From Eledone cirrhosa (Eukaryota): a DNA stretch of 64,000 bases. Shown piece after piece: positions 24,145 through 36,829 of the stretch. Location: NCBI GenBank assembly GCA_964016885.1, contig OZ024753.1:21390001-21454000 (forward strand), in the 5' to 3' direction. Position 1 is the stretch's first letter. Every line of letters starts with the position of its first letter. The notes beneath the pieces were generated by a model, which saw nothing but the letters and a program-made list of their open reading frames with translations, was not told where the DNA came from and searched no databases. Made by a program: the position numbers and the translations under genes.

Positions 24145-25160
24145 TCTGTGGGGGTGGGTGGGAGGTGGGGGTGTATGGGGGGTATGTGTGGGTGTATGTG
24201 GGTGTGTGGGTGTATGGGTGGGTGGTTGTTTGTGGGTATGGGTGTGTGTGGGTGTGGGTGTATATGTATGTGTGTGTATATGTGTTTTTTGTCTTTTTGT
24301 GTATGTATGTATGTGTGTATGACTCCGTCTTTCTGTATATGAGTGTGTGTATGTGATTCTGTCTCTCTATGTGTGTGTGTGTGTGTGTGTGAATGATGCT
24401 GTATCTCTGTATACATGTGTTTGTGTGTGATTCTGTATTTATGTGTGTGTGACTGTGTGTATGTGTCCATGTGTATGTGTGTGTGTGACTGTGTGTATGT
24501 GTCCATGTGTGTGTGTGTGTGTGACTGTGTGTGTCCATGTGTGTGTGTGTGTATGTGCATGTCTGTGTGTGTGTGTGTGTGAGACTGTCTGTGTGACTGT
24601 GTATGTGTCCATGTGTGTATATGTGAGTGTGTGACTGTCTGTGTGTATGTGTCCATGTGTGTATGTGTGTGTGACTGTCTGTGTGTATGTGTCCATGTGT
24701 GTGTGTGTGTGGCTGTCTGTGTGTATGTGTCCGTGTGTGTGTGTGTGTGACTGTCTGTGTGTATGTGTCCATGTGTGTATGTGTGTGTGTGTATGTGTCC
24801 ATGTGTGTATATGTGTGTGTGTATGTGTGTATATGTGAGTGTGTGACTGTCTGTGTGTATGTGTCCATGTGTGTATGTGTGTGTGACTGTCTGTGTGTGT
24901 GTGTGTGTGACTGCCTGTGTGTATGTGTCCATGTGTGTGTGTGTGTGTGGCTGTCTGTGTGTATGTGTCCGTGTGTGTATGTGTGTGTGTGTGTGACTGT
25001 CTGTGTGTATGTGTCCATGTGTGTGTGTGTGTGTGGCTGTCTGTGTGTATGTGTGTGTGACTGTTTGTGTGTATGTGTCCATGTATGTATGTGTGTGTGT
25101 GTATGTGTCCATGTGTGTATATGTGTGTGTGTGTGACTGTCTGTGTGTATGTGTCCATGT

Positions 25161-25196
<36 letters not shown>

Positions 25197-25588
25197 CTGT
25201 CTGTGTGTATGTGTGTGTGACTGTATGTGTCCATGTGTATATGTGTGTATGTGTCCATGTGTGTATGTGTGTGTGTGACTGTCTGTGTGTATGTGTCCAT
25301 GTGTGTGCCTGTGTGTGTGTGTGTGTGACTGTCTGTGTGCATGTGTCCATGTGTGTATATGTGTGTGTGTGTGACTGTCAGTGTGCATGTGTGTATATGT
25401 GTGTGTGTCCATGTGTCCATGTATGTGTGTGACTGTCTGTGTGTATGTGTCCATGTGTGTATATGTGTGTGTGTGACTGTCTGTGTGTATGTGTCTATGT
25501 GTGTATATGTGAGTGTGTATGTATCCATGTGTGTATATGTGTGTGTATGTGTCCATGTGTGTATATGTGTATGTTTGTGTGTGTTTAT
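24145..25588. repeat. GT-rich minisatellite
   Basis: Variable ~30-40-bp unit GTGTGACTGTCTGTGTGTATGTGTCCAT(GT)n. Confidence 0.95.
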
Positions 25589-26074
25589 ATACAAATATTA
25601 CAAAATAATAGATATTTCGTCCTTTTCTTCACATTTCTATAAACTTCCTCTTAACAAAGATTTAATTAAAGTATTTATGATATTCAATTTTAATTCATTG
25701 TATTTAAGATTTAATCTGTGATATTTGTATTTTGTTCCAAATTTCATTAGACTACCAGATAATTGTCGTGTTACATTATCAATGGAATTTTGGCAAAAAT
25801 ACATAATTATTTACTTAACGAAAGTGATATTTCTTTAATGATTCCATATATATATATTATGTGTAAATACAATGAGAAAAGTAAATTTAATAAAGGAAAT
25901 TTATTTTATGTTTAGAAAATAACAGTTTACAATAGACATTGAATATCAGTTCCATCTTATATTTTAATGAAAATATTAAAAGAACATTTATGTTAAAAGA
26001 CTAAAGATTTATTTGTATATTAGATGTACAGATATGTTTAGTTGTAGTTTTATGTATAATAGTATAATACCTGT

Positions 26075-26235
26075 AGGCAGCAAATTGGCAGAGTCTTTAG
26101 AATGTTGGATACAATGCTTTGTAGTAATTATTCTGGATCTCTACTCTTAGACTTCAAATTCCACCGAGGTTAACTTTGCCTTTCATCATTTTGAGGTCGA
26201 TAAAAAAAAAAGTAGCAGTTATGTACTGGGGTTGA
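26075..26235 (+). mobile_element. Old SINE S1 relative
   Basis: TTGGCAGAGTC...TTCAAATTCCACCGAGGTTAACTTTGCCTTTCATC...GGTCGATAAAA. Confidence 0.7.
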
Positions 26236-26429
26236 TTAATCCTCCTCATCTCTTTCTCACTTCCATTCTATCACTCTTTATCCTTCTCTGGAAGAAATCT
26301 ACTGAGTTCAAACCTGGAGAGGGATGGGCTCTGCCAGGTTTAAAATACCCTAAGAAGCACTGTATATCAGTAAGGTGTCCCTATGACTCTATCAGTAGTA
26401 ACGGGACCATGTAAAATAGATGATCATAG

Positions 26430-26575
26430 GGAAGACACACAACCCAGTGGTTAAAGTGTCAGGCTTACAATGTCTTGGGTTCAATTCTTTGACTGGGTGG
26501 CATATTGTGTTGTTTTTGAGCAAAACCCTTAAATTACACAGTGGTCCAATCAACTCAGCTGAAAATAAGTATCAG
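26430..26575 (+). mobile_element. Degenerate CORE-type SINE
   Basis: AGTGGTTA...GGTTCAATTC...TTGAGCAAAACCCTTAA...CAACTCAGCTG resembles the copy at 53911. Confidence 0.55.
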
Positions 26576-26619
26576 AAACAGTTGGAAGTTAACACCTTAC
26601 TGAACTAGGACCCATCTTG

Positions 26620-27200
26620 TATGCTCTCTATATCTGTATGTACTGTGACTGGCACTCAGCTGGACAGTGGCTGCTTGCCCATGAGTGTTTCCCTGAGGCT
26701 TGGCCTCCGCATTTGTGAGCCTCACAAATGTTGCTGCGGTACTACTGTAGATCCTTTCGGTCTCTACCCACTGTCATGCCATTACTGTGCTGGCCACCTG
26801 CTATGCCATGCTGCACTCAACAGGATCATAAAGCATGGCCTGGAAAGTGCAGGCTTCCCTTTGCAGCTTGAGCCAGTGGGCTGGACTGAGGGGACACCAA
26901 AAGGCCAGATGGCATTACTATCTTTCCATTCTGCAAGGGTAGGCCCCTCATCTAGGATGTCACAAGTTGTGTCACCTTCTCTAGTGGTAACCTGGTGCAT
27001 TAGGCTGCTTGATAGGCCAAAGAAGGCAAACTGTCCAAGTATTGGCCTCTCTCTGATAGGGTTTTGGTAGATACTGTGTTCTTTGAGTGTTCTTGGCCCC
27101 CGGATGACATGCCTGGTCACTCCTATTGAAGCAGAGTTGGCTGCCGGACTTTCTCTCACCATCCTCCAGAGTAATGTATTCTCCGTCCTGTCAGCTGGGA
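26620..27200 (+). mobile_element. CRE-clade-like RLE non-LTR retrotransposon C-terminal fragment
   Basis: SLRLGLRICEPHKCCCGTTVDPFGLYPLSC...HAALNRIIKHGLESAGFPLQLEP, then after a frameshift KRPDGITIFPF...DVT. This is the CCHC plus RPD endonuclease arrangement of CRE-type elements. Confidence 0.7.
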
Positions 27201-27354
27201 CCAAGAAGTGGAGGGTAAGATGGAGGTGGAGGATACTTGTTTGGATGTCACATAGATTCTCTTTGCCATTTGATTTCAATAGAATATATCATTAAGCTGC
27301 TTCTGTAGATAGAGGAAGTTTTAATGACTTCTCCAGCAGGTTTCTCTATGTAGT

Positions 27355-28738
27355 CTATCTCTACATCTGTATGTACTCTCTCTTCATTTGTATGTACTCT
27401 CTCTACATCTGTATGTACTATCTCCCTACATCTGTATGTACTCTCTCTCTACATCTGTATGTACCCTCTCTACAACAGTATGTACTCTCTCTACAACAGT
27501 ATGTACTCTCTCTCTCTCTACAACACTGTGTACTCTCTCTACACCTGTATGTACTCTCTCTCTACACCTGTATGTACTCTGTCTCTACATATGTATGTAC
27601 TCTCTCTACATCTGTATGTACTCTCTGTCTCTACATCTGCATGTACTCTCTCTCTACATCTGTATGTACTCTCTCTACAACAGTGTGTACTCTCTCTACA
27701 TCTGTATGTACTCCCTCTCTCTCTCTACATCTGTACGTACCCTCTCTCTACAACAGTATGTACCCTCTCTACATCTCTATGTACTCTCTCTCTCTCTACA
27801 TCTGTATGTACTCTCTCTACATATGCATGTACTCTCTCTACATTTGTATGTACTCTCTCTACAACAGTATGTACTCTCTCTATACACCTGTATGTACTCT
27901 CTACAACAGTATGTACTCGCCCTCTACATCTGTATGTACTCTCTGTCTCTACAACAGTATGTACTCTCTACATATGTATGTACTCTCTCTACAACGGTTT
28001 GTACTCTCTCTACATATGCATGTATTCTCTCTACAACAGTATGTACTCTCTCTCTACATCTGTATGTACTCTCTCTACAACTGTATATACTCTCTCTACA
28101 TCTGTATGTACTTTCTCTCTACATCTGTATGTACTTTTTCTCTACATCTGTATGTACTCTCTCCACACCTGCATGTACTCTCTCTATATATGTATATATT
28201 CTTTCTACATCTGTATGTACTCTCTCTATAACACTATGTACTATCTCTCTACATCTGTATATACTCTCTCTACATCTGTATGTACTCTCTCTACAACAGT
28301 ATGTACTATCTCTCTACATCTGCATGTAAACTCTCTACAACAGTATGTATTCTCTCTCTACATCTGTATGTACTCTCTTTACAACAGTATGTACTCTCTC
28401 TCTACATCTGTATGTACTCTCTATACATCTGTATGTACTCCATCTCTCTACATCTGTATGTACTCTCTGTCTATACAACAGTATGTACTATCTCTCAACA
28501 TCTGTATGTACTCCCTCTCTCTACATCTGTATGTACTTTCTCTCTACATATGTATGTACTTTCTGTCTCTACATCTGTATGTACTCTCTCTATCTCTACA
28601 TCTGTATGTACTCTCTGTCTCTACATCTGTATGTACTCTCTCTATCTCTACATCTGTATGTACTCTCTCCACATCTGTATGTACTCTCTCTCTACAACGG
28701 TATGTACTCTCTCTACATTTCTATATACTCTCCCTACA
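27355..28738. repeat. ~21-23-bp minisatellite
   Basis: Unit (TC)nTACATCTGTATGTAC alternating with variant (TC)nTACAACAGTATGTAC. Confidence 0.95.
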
Positions 28739-29559
28739 TATTCAAAACATTAAATGATACTTATCAAGTACCTTCAGCATGTCAGGAAGTTTATAGAAGT
28801 AGATGTCTTGTAAGAGGAAAAGTTGTTTTAATTCTAATAAACTGACAAGAACTAAAAAGGTTATTTTCAGCTCTAGAACTTCTGATCTAAAGAAGAAAGC
28901 CAAAATATTGCAGGAAATGCTCAATAATATCTTATCTATATCTTGTGTTTGCTACACAACAAAAGACTTAGTATTTACAAATACATCGTTTCCTTCTTAG
29001 AAATGTCTTTATATATACTTAGATAGACTCTAAAGTTTAGGGCACTGATTACTCTGTAAAAGCTATTCGAAAAATTGATTTTGGAACCAAATTTAAACCT
29101 GAAAATCATTGAATTGGCTACTACAAGAAATCACCAGAATGCTAGAGAAGAAAGTAAAGTTCTTATTAACCTCACAAAAAGCTGCTATAAATTCATTATT
29201 AAAGCTATAGAACAGTGTTTGTGAAGGTTGGCTGTGGCAATATTTTAGTGGAACATTAGGACTGGTCAGTATGTCTACTATTCATTGATAACAGACCTTA
29301 CAAAGTGGGATGGAACTCATCAAATTGTACCAAGGAAACAATTTTTCCATTGGTGTTTACATTGGTAATACTATCTACCAATCACAACTCCTGGCTGAAA
29401 GAGCAACGGGAAATAAAGCTCAACAACATAACACATCACTGGTCCAGGAAACGAACTTGCAACCTCATGATTGCATATCCCATTCTCTAACGACTAAGCC
29501 TTCATACTATGCTATATACTAACTTTGTCAAATCTTGGATTTGAAAAAGAGATATAGAG

Positions 29560-29722
29560 GAATAATCGACCCTAGTACTTGACTGGTACTTTTTTATTGA
29601 CCTTGAATGGATGAATGGCGAAGTTAACCTAGGCAGGATTTGAACTAGAGAGTTCCCATAGCCGAAACAAACACCACAAAGCATTCCATCTGACATTCTA
29701 ACGACTCTACCAATTTGGTGCT
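29560..29722 (-). mobile_element. Old SINE S1 relative
   Basis: CTGGTACTTTTTTATTGACCTTGAATGGATGAATGGCGAAGTTAACCTAGGCAGGATTTGAAC. Confidence 0.65.
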
Positions 29723-30402
29723 TTTAATATAAGTATGAATATTTTAAAATGGTCAGTTTTGTATCATAATAACAGGGTAGTTTTAACCAGTTTGGTATCT
29801 AATATTTATAGCATCTTTACTTTTAAATAGAATCGTGTGAAAATTTATAGTATTAGACTAAATATTTTAATATTTCATGTGATGCTGTCAATTATGGTAA
29901 AAATCAATGTTATGTATGCATGGTTCTTAATTACTTACATAATAATTTAAAAAAGCAGTTACACTAAAAGTAGTGTATAGAAATTGTTTAGAAAATCAAT
30001 ACTATTACTAACAGATATCATATATTAATAAACAAAATATTCTTATGTGCAATTAATTTATAAATTAAATCACCAATGTTCCTTGTCAGTGATTTTTTTT
30101 AAAGGATAATTTCTTGGGAAAAAAAGCTGCCCAAGACACATTTTTGTTGAAATGTAAACCTGACCTGGTGAAAAACTATAGAGAGTTATATTTCTTCAGA
30201 GAAGTTGTCTTTTTAACATTTGTAAACAATGGAAAATCAATAACAGTTTTTATGATTTCTTATTTGTTCATTTTCTGACGCAGTATGGTTCGGTATATGT
30301 TTTATTGGGGCTGTAACAAGACATCTGCATTGTGAGTGCAGTATAAAGAAGACATCTATACTGTGGGTGTTGTTACAACATAACATCTATACTATGGTTG
30401 TT

Positions 30403-31042
30403 GTTACAACCTTTATAGGTACTGTAACAAGACAACTACATTACAACCTTTATAGGTACTGTAACAAGATGACAACTACATTACAACTACATTACAACCG
30501 TTATAGGTACTGTAAGAAGACAACTACATTACAACCTTTATAGGTACTGTAACAAGACAACTACATTACAAGCTTTATAGGTACTGTAACATCAAGACAA
30601 CTATATTACAACCTTTATAGGTACTGTAACAACAAGACAATTACATTACAACCTTTATAGGTACTGTAACAAGACAACTACATTACAACCTTTATAGGTA
30701 CTGTAACAAGACAACTACATTACAAGCTTTATAGGTACTGTAACATCAAGACAACTACATTACAACATTTATAGGTACTGTAACAACAAGACAATTACAT
30801 TACAACCTTTATAGGTACTGTAACAAGACAACTACATTACAACCTTTATAGGTACTGTAACAACAAGACAACTACATTACAACCTTTATAGGTACTGTAA
30901 CAACAAGACAATTACATTACAACCTTTATAAGTACTGTAACAACAAGACAACTACATTACAACCTTTATAGGTACTGTAACAAGACAACTACATTACAAC
31001 CTTTATATGTACTGTAACAAGACAACTACATTACAACCTTTA
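30403..31042. repeat. 37-40-bp minisatellite, about 16 units
   Basis: Unit ACAACTACATTACAACCTTTATAGGTACTGTAAC(AAC/ATC)AAG; degenerate precursor-like units at 30310-30400. Confidence 0.95.
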
Positions 31043-31065
31043 ATACATGACAAAGACATAATAAT

Positions 31066-31249
31066 TGTTTCTACTTTAGGCACAAGGCCAGCAATTACCC
31101 AGTGCATTACTGGTACTTTATTTTATTGACCCCGCAAGGATGAAAGGCAAAGTCAACCTCGGCGGGATTTGAACTCAGATCGTAAAGGGACATAACTATG
31201 CTGGAAAGCATGGCATCCGACCCTCTACCGATACTGCCAATGCACCGCC
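31066..31249 (-). mobile_element. Full-length SINE S1 with perfect 15-bp TSD
   Basis: CAAAGACATAATAAT at 31051-31065 and 31250-31264. On the SINE strand the TSD reads ATTATTATGTCTTTG. Confidence 0.92.
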
Positions 31250-31705
31250 CAAAGACATAATAATGTTTGTGTTTTTATCTAGAAACATCTGTAAATATCT
31301 GGCAACCCTGATCGAAATGTCTGTGATGAATTGTTATGAAGACAAAAACTACAATCTTCTTGTATAGCTTGTTTGTTGGATCATCATCATCAACAAAAGA
31401 TTTCAATAATTATCAAGATTTTTATGTTTACAGTAAAGAAAACACTATCTATGTTTTTACAAGAAAAACAAATTTTCTTTTCCATTTGTTTTTTTTTTAC
31501 TCTTTTCTTTTTTTACTTTTAATGACAAAATATGCTGCAACTGTCTTGAAGAAATTTCATAGTTCTGATTGTTTTAGCACGACTCTTATTATAAGTAGTA
31601 CACTTGAGAAGATTCTGTGAAAGTTGGGACTCATAGTAACAATGGTGTTTGGAAGCAATTATCTCTCTCTGGGAAATTCACTGTTGATATTACTCATGTA
31701 ATAAA

Positions 31706-31762
<57 letters not shown>

Positions 31763-31779
31763 ATATATATAAATATATA

Positions 31780-32550
31780 TTTTTGAATTGAGTTTGAATT
31801 ATTTTTCCCACATCTTACGTTAACTATTTTTCCATTTTGACGCTATAGTCACTTATATATTATGGAATACTGTTGGCTTCTTGCTACAATACTTTCTATA
31901 CCTTTCATTTATATATTTATACTCGGATTTCTTTCCTAGAGTGCTTAAATTATTTGTGACTAATCCCGGTATTTAAAAAAAAACAAAAAACACGATAATA
32001 TTGCTTTTTGCTGAACTCCTTATTGTAGAGTTTTTTCGGAATGTTTTTGACTGTTGTTTCATGTAAACAAGCATTCATCTCATTCTGACGTCACCAGCCC
32101 TGTTTTTCCACATGTGCGTTTTATTTTCATAATCACGCATGATGTTAAACTAGCCTGCTTTTAAATTCCCTATTTCGCAAATTAATCAGTGAGAATCTGG
32201 CTATCGTGTTGAGCTCTGCTGATGATCGTATTCCAACCGTGACCATCTCTACTGAAAGTTTTCGTGAAATAGCCTTTTTCAAAACTATACAGAGCATTTG
32301 TAGTTGTCCCAAATTGAAGGATGAGTATTTTAAACTTTATTTTATCATGAGTTAAGGCTCTATTGATTTTTCCATGGATTTCACTAAATTCTGTTGGATA
32401 AATCTATATCCCGTTTCTTTTTGAATTGAGTTTGAATTATTTTTCCCACATCTTACGTTAACTATTTTCCCATTTTGACACTATAATTACTTATATATTT
32501 TGGAATACTGTTGGCTTCTTGCTACAATACTTTCTATACCTTTCATTCAT
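31780..32550 (+). mobile_element. Non-coding element with ~130-bp direct terminal repeats in (TA)n
   Basis: TTTGAATTGAGTTTGAATTATTTTTCCCACATCTTACG...CCTTTCATT at 31780-31910 and 32418-32547. A related partial copy lies at 44925-45168. Confidence 0.7.
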
Positions 32551-32664
32551 TTATATATGATATATATATATGATATATATATATGATATATATATATATA
32601 TATTTATATATATGTATATGTATGTATATATATATATATAAAATATATTATATATGTATATATA

Positions 32665-33436
32665 TGTATCTTAGTCTCAGATTCTTCCGCGCCGCTCGGC
32701 GCATCGAGCAGTAGGTACTCCCCAACGGTCACGATCAGTGGCAACTTTTTTTGAGACGGTGCCAGGTGATGTTGGCTGCCATCAGGTCCTTCCGGAACGT
32801 TCGTCGCCAGGTGATCCTTGGGCAACCCCGCCTCCATTTACCGCCAGGCGGAGTCCAGTTCATCGCTGTTTTCGAATGCCGTTCATTGGGCAGACACAGA
32901 ATATGGCCAGCCAGACGGCACCAACACTCCGTGACCACTCTCTGTAGCGTCCACGACTCAGCTCTCCGCAGGATCTCCTCCTTTCACACTCGGTCGCACC
33001 AAGACACACGAAGGATCTTTCGCAGGTACCGCTGGTGGAAAGCGTTCAGCCGTCTCTCTATTTTTGCTGTACTCTTCCAGGTCTTGCTCGCATAAAGCAC
33101 TGTCGGCAGCACGATGCTCTTGTACAGGCGGAGTTTGGTCTTGGTACTAATGTATGAAGACGACCAGACTGGGCACAGCCGCTGGAAAACTGCGGCTCCT
33201 TTGCCGATCCGACAGTTGATGTCGAGCTCCGCGTCGCCACTGTTTGTCAGGATGCTGCCCAGATAGGTGAAGTGATCGACTTCCTCGAGGTTCTGTTGGT
33301 TGACTCTGATCACTGGACCTGTGTTGCTGGCCGTTCTCATCACCTTCGTCTTTTTGGTGTTGATTCTCAGGCTGATCTTTTCCGCACTCTCTTGTAGGGA
33401 TGTTGTTAGGGCCTGCAGATCTGCACTGTTTTCCAT
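32665..33436 (-). mobile_element. GC-rich RTE-clade LINE 3' fragment (distinct family)
   Basis: LRINTKKTKVM...LEEVDHFTYLGS...KTKLRLYKSIVLPTVLYASKTW...LRKILRVSW; RLAGHILCLPNERHSKTAMNWTPPGGKWRRGCPRITW. 3' hairpin CGCTCGATGCGCCGAGCG. Confidence 0.85.
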
Positions 33437-33484
33437 ATAAAATATATTATATATGTATATATATAAAATATATTATATATGTAT

Positions 33485-34960
33485 ATCATCATCATCATCA
33501 TCATCACTTAACGTCCATCTTCCAGGCTAGCATGGGTTAGACGGGTCCTATTTTAAGGCAAGCTGTGTCGGGTGACCGTGTCTCGGTCAAATAGGGTGTT
33601 TCCGGCTGGTTTTCTACGGCTGGATGCCCTTCCTAATGCCAGCCATATTTACAGTGTGGGCTGGGTGCTTTTTGACATGTCTTTTACACGTCCACGTTAC
33701 AGTGTAGGCTGGGGGGAGAGGGTCGGGGTGTAGGCTAGGGGGAGAGGGTCGGGGTGTTAGGGGAGGGGCATACTGTACATATGCTTCAGCTTGTGCTCAT
33801 GGGAAGTCGGGTTTTCTGTATTACTGCATATCACCAGAGATGCCGGTCATGTGTCATCTCCTCTGAGAGATGCAATTGGGCAAGGTTGACTTTTATCACC
33901 TCATCCCAGTTCTTCCTGGGTCTCCCCACTCCAAGGCTTCCTTCAACTTTGAGCGCTCTACACTTTTTTATGCAGCTGTCATCCTTTATATGCAACACAT
34001 GTCCATACCAATGCAATTTCCTCTCCTTCACACAGCATTTGAATCCTCTTATGCCTAGTTTATCTCTCAGTTCATTTATGCTTCGCCGTTCTCGCATATT
34101 ACTATTGCACATCCATCAGAACATGCAGGATTCATTTCTTTCCAATCTATGCAAGTCTTCTGCACACAGCGCCCAAGTCTCACTACTATGCAACATAGCT
34201 GTATGTACACACGCATCATATAATCTGTCTTTCATTCTGAGGGAGAAGTCTTTTGTAGCCAACAGTGGTAGTAGCTTCTTGAACTTCCTCCATCCCGCTC
34301 TTACTCTGGCTAATGTACTTTCAGAACACCTACCACCACTGCTAATTCAGTCACCTAAATAGCAGAAGCTATATTGTTTCTAGAGAGCCCTCTGAGAATT
34401 TGGCAGGGCTTGTCTCCTGCGGTCGTTCCAGTGCAACCGCCACATATAAAGCCTAAATTCTTAGCTAAACTTCCTGAGATCCCACTACATCTCTTGTGTA
34501 CCCATATTTTGAATATGGGTCAGAAGGTGGAATTTCTACCAATGCCTTTCCTACATACTGGACAAGGGCATTTCCCTGAGGGGATCTGGGTTCTGTTTTC
34601 TCCTCTACTTACTAGGACCTTAGACTTTGTCAGGTTGACTTTAACATCCTTTCTTTCTAGGCCCTGCTTCCAAGTTTGGAATTTCTTCTCTAGTTCCACC
34701 ATAGATTCAGCTATGAACATAAGATCATCCATGTACAGGAGTTCCCATGGGAAGCCGGTCTTAAATTCCTGTGTTATAGTCTGCAAAACGATAATAAACA
34801 GGAGCAGGCTAAGGACAGAGCCCTGGTGGATGCCAACTTGTATGCTAAATTCCTCGCTATAGTCATTGTTAATCCTGACTTTGCTGACTGCTCCTCTATA
34901 CATGGCTTGTACAGCCTTCACAAGCCACTCATCTACTCCTAGTTTTCTAAGAGCCCATCA
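33485..34960 (-). mobile_element. RTE-clade LINE 3' part (RT to (GAT)n tail)
   Basis: GIHQGSVLSLLLFII...ELLYMDDL; GKCPCPVCRKGIGRNS; LHWYGHVL...GRPRKNW; (CAT)n at 33485-33505. Confidence 0.9.
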
Positions 34961-34974
34961 AATTATATATATAT

Positions 34975-35316
34975 ACTTATTATCTTCGTTTTTTCGTTCA
35001 TTGCCAGAGAACGTCTCTATGCACCACCTAAGAGAACATTAGTCTACGACCTCTTTTATACCATAAACGTGGTTTTGTCTTTGCGCGTAATTGTTTTTCA
35101 CCGCTCCTATTAATGACGTATTATTCGTTTTTTCCCGTTCTTTGCCAGCGAACGTTACCACGAACCAAAGTATCGTCTTCCTGTCTTCCTCCGGTTGCAA
35201 CGTTTTTTGAAATATCCAGTTCTGCGTTTACAGATTGACTTTGTTAGTTTCAGAAGATCCCGTTAAGGGTGAAAGCAGCGATTCTTTGCTTAAACTTTAA
35301 TCTGTTATTTTAATAA

Positions 35317-35320
<4 letters not shown>
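34975..35320 (+). mobile_element. Penelope-like terminal element with hammerhead-like fold (family D)
   Basis: AGTTT-CAGAAGA-TCCC gttaa GGGT-GAAA-GCA...TGC-TT-AAACT, then AATAAA and (TA)n. A second 3' copy is inverted at ~42243-42303. Confidence 0.55.
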
Positions 35321-35352
<32 letters not shown>

Positions 35353-35354
35353 AA

Positions 35355-35780
35355 GTGGTCGTGTAGGTGTCATGACAAAATATCAGCCAGTCCACATGGT
35401 AAAAAAGCACCCAGTACTCACTGTAAATGAGATTGGTGTTAGTAAGGGCATCCAGCTGTAGAAATCAAGCCAAAATCAGTTCTGTATGAGCAAGACATGG
35501 TCACCTGACTTGGCATTGCTCACAACAGGACAATCCAACTAACCCATGCTAGCATGGAAGAATGGACGTAAAATGGTGATGATGTTATATATATAAAGCA
35601 CCCAGTACTCACTGTAAATGTGGTTGATGTTAGGAAGGGCATCCAGTCGTAGAAACCAAGCCAAAATTGGTTCTGTATGAGTAAGACGTGGTCCTCTGAC
35701 TTCGACTTGCCTCAAATAGGACAACCTATCTAACCCATGCTAGCATAGAAAATAGACATTAAACGGTGATGATAATGATA
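35355..35780 (+). mobile_element. Two tandem RTE 3'-UTR or SINE-tail remnants
   Basis: AAAGCACCCAGTACTCACTGTAAATG...AAGGGCATCCAG...AACCCATGCTAGCAT...(GAT)n occurs twice. Confidence 0.8.
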
Positions 35781-36039
35781 TATTATAAAAAATCGAGACC
35801 TGACTAGTCTGGAACTAGCTGTTGAAATGGCAAGAGCTTAGCCGTTAGATGCTGACTCTTTATAATATAACCATACTCTACTACCCCAAGTATTGAGTAC
35901 TGTGTCTAGTAATGGTCTAACCAGTCTCAAACTGTATTCATCCTGATTTATATAATATTGTGTATGAATTGGAGTTGTCGCCGCAATATAGCAGGTACTA
36001 ATCAAAATTGTTTGCAGCAGTCACAAAACACTCAATGGA

Positions 36040-36625
36040 TTGAGGAGACTGAGCATAAGAGGAATCAAATGCTGTGTGCAGGAGAGGCGGTTGCGCTGGT
36101 ATGGACATGTGATGCGTATGAAGGATGACAGCTGCATAAAAAGGTGCAGAGCACTAGAAGTCGATGGAAACCGCGGAGTGGGGAGACCCAAGATGACCTG
36201 GGATGAGGTGATAAAAGCCAACCTTACCCAATTACACCTCTCAAAGACAATGACACACGACCGTGACTTCTGGCGTCACGCAGTAATACAGAGTACCCGA
36301 CCTCCCATGGGTACATGCTGAAGCATATAAACAATATGCCCCCACAACCCCCACCGCAAGGTGGTCGTGGAGGTGCCACGGCAAAAAAGCACCCAGCCCA
36401 CACTGTAAAGTGGACGTGTAGGCGCCACGAAAAAGCACCCAGCACTCACTGTAAATGAGGTTGGTGTTAGGAAGGGCATCCAGCTGTAGAAATCAACCCA
36501 GATCAGTTCCTGTATGAGCAAGGCATGGTCAGCCGACCAGACACTGCACACAACAGGACAACCCGTCTAACCCATGCTAGCGTGGAAGAACGGACGTAAA
36601 ACGGTGATGATGATGATGATGATGA
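36040..36625 (+). mobile_element. RTE LINE 3' end (family A)
   Basis: RRLRWYGHVMRMKDDSCIKRC...GRPKMTWDEVIK, then 3' UTR and (GAT)n. Nearly identical to 41475-42125. Confidence 0.9.
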
Positions 36626-36829
36626 TTATCGTCCAGAGTAAACACGAAAGTTAATAAAGTGTGACACAGAGAAAAGTGACCAAAAGCAGTGGCCATACTT
36701 GTACCACAACGACGGTAAATACAAATAGGTTGAAGACTACTTGCTATATTGCAGCTACAACTTTGATTCATGCCCAATATTATATATATCTATCTAGGGT
36801 AGGTAAAATTCCCAAGATCCATGGACGAG

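Noticed and set aside
24131-28845. 300-490-aa ORFs rich in HT, CV or YSL
   Set aside because: Translations of minisatellites.
30403-31042. CRISPR-like 37-bp periodicity
   Set aside because: Units are contiguous with no unique spacers, no cas genes, and the context is eukaryotic.
32218-32265. CTGATGA...GAAAG in the direct-repeat element
   Set aside because: The intervening sequence does not form stem II and there is no convincing helix III.
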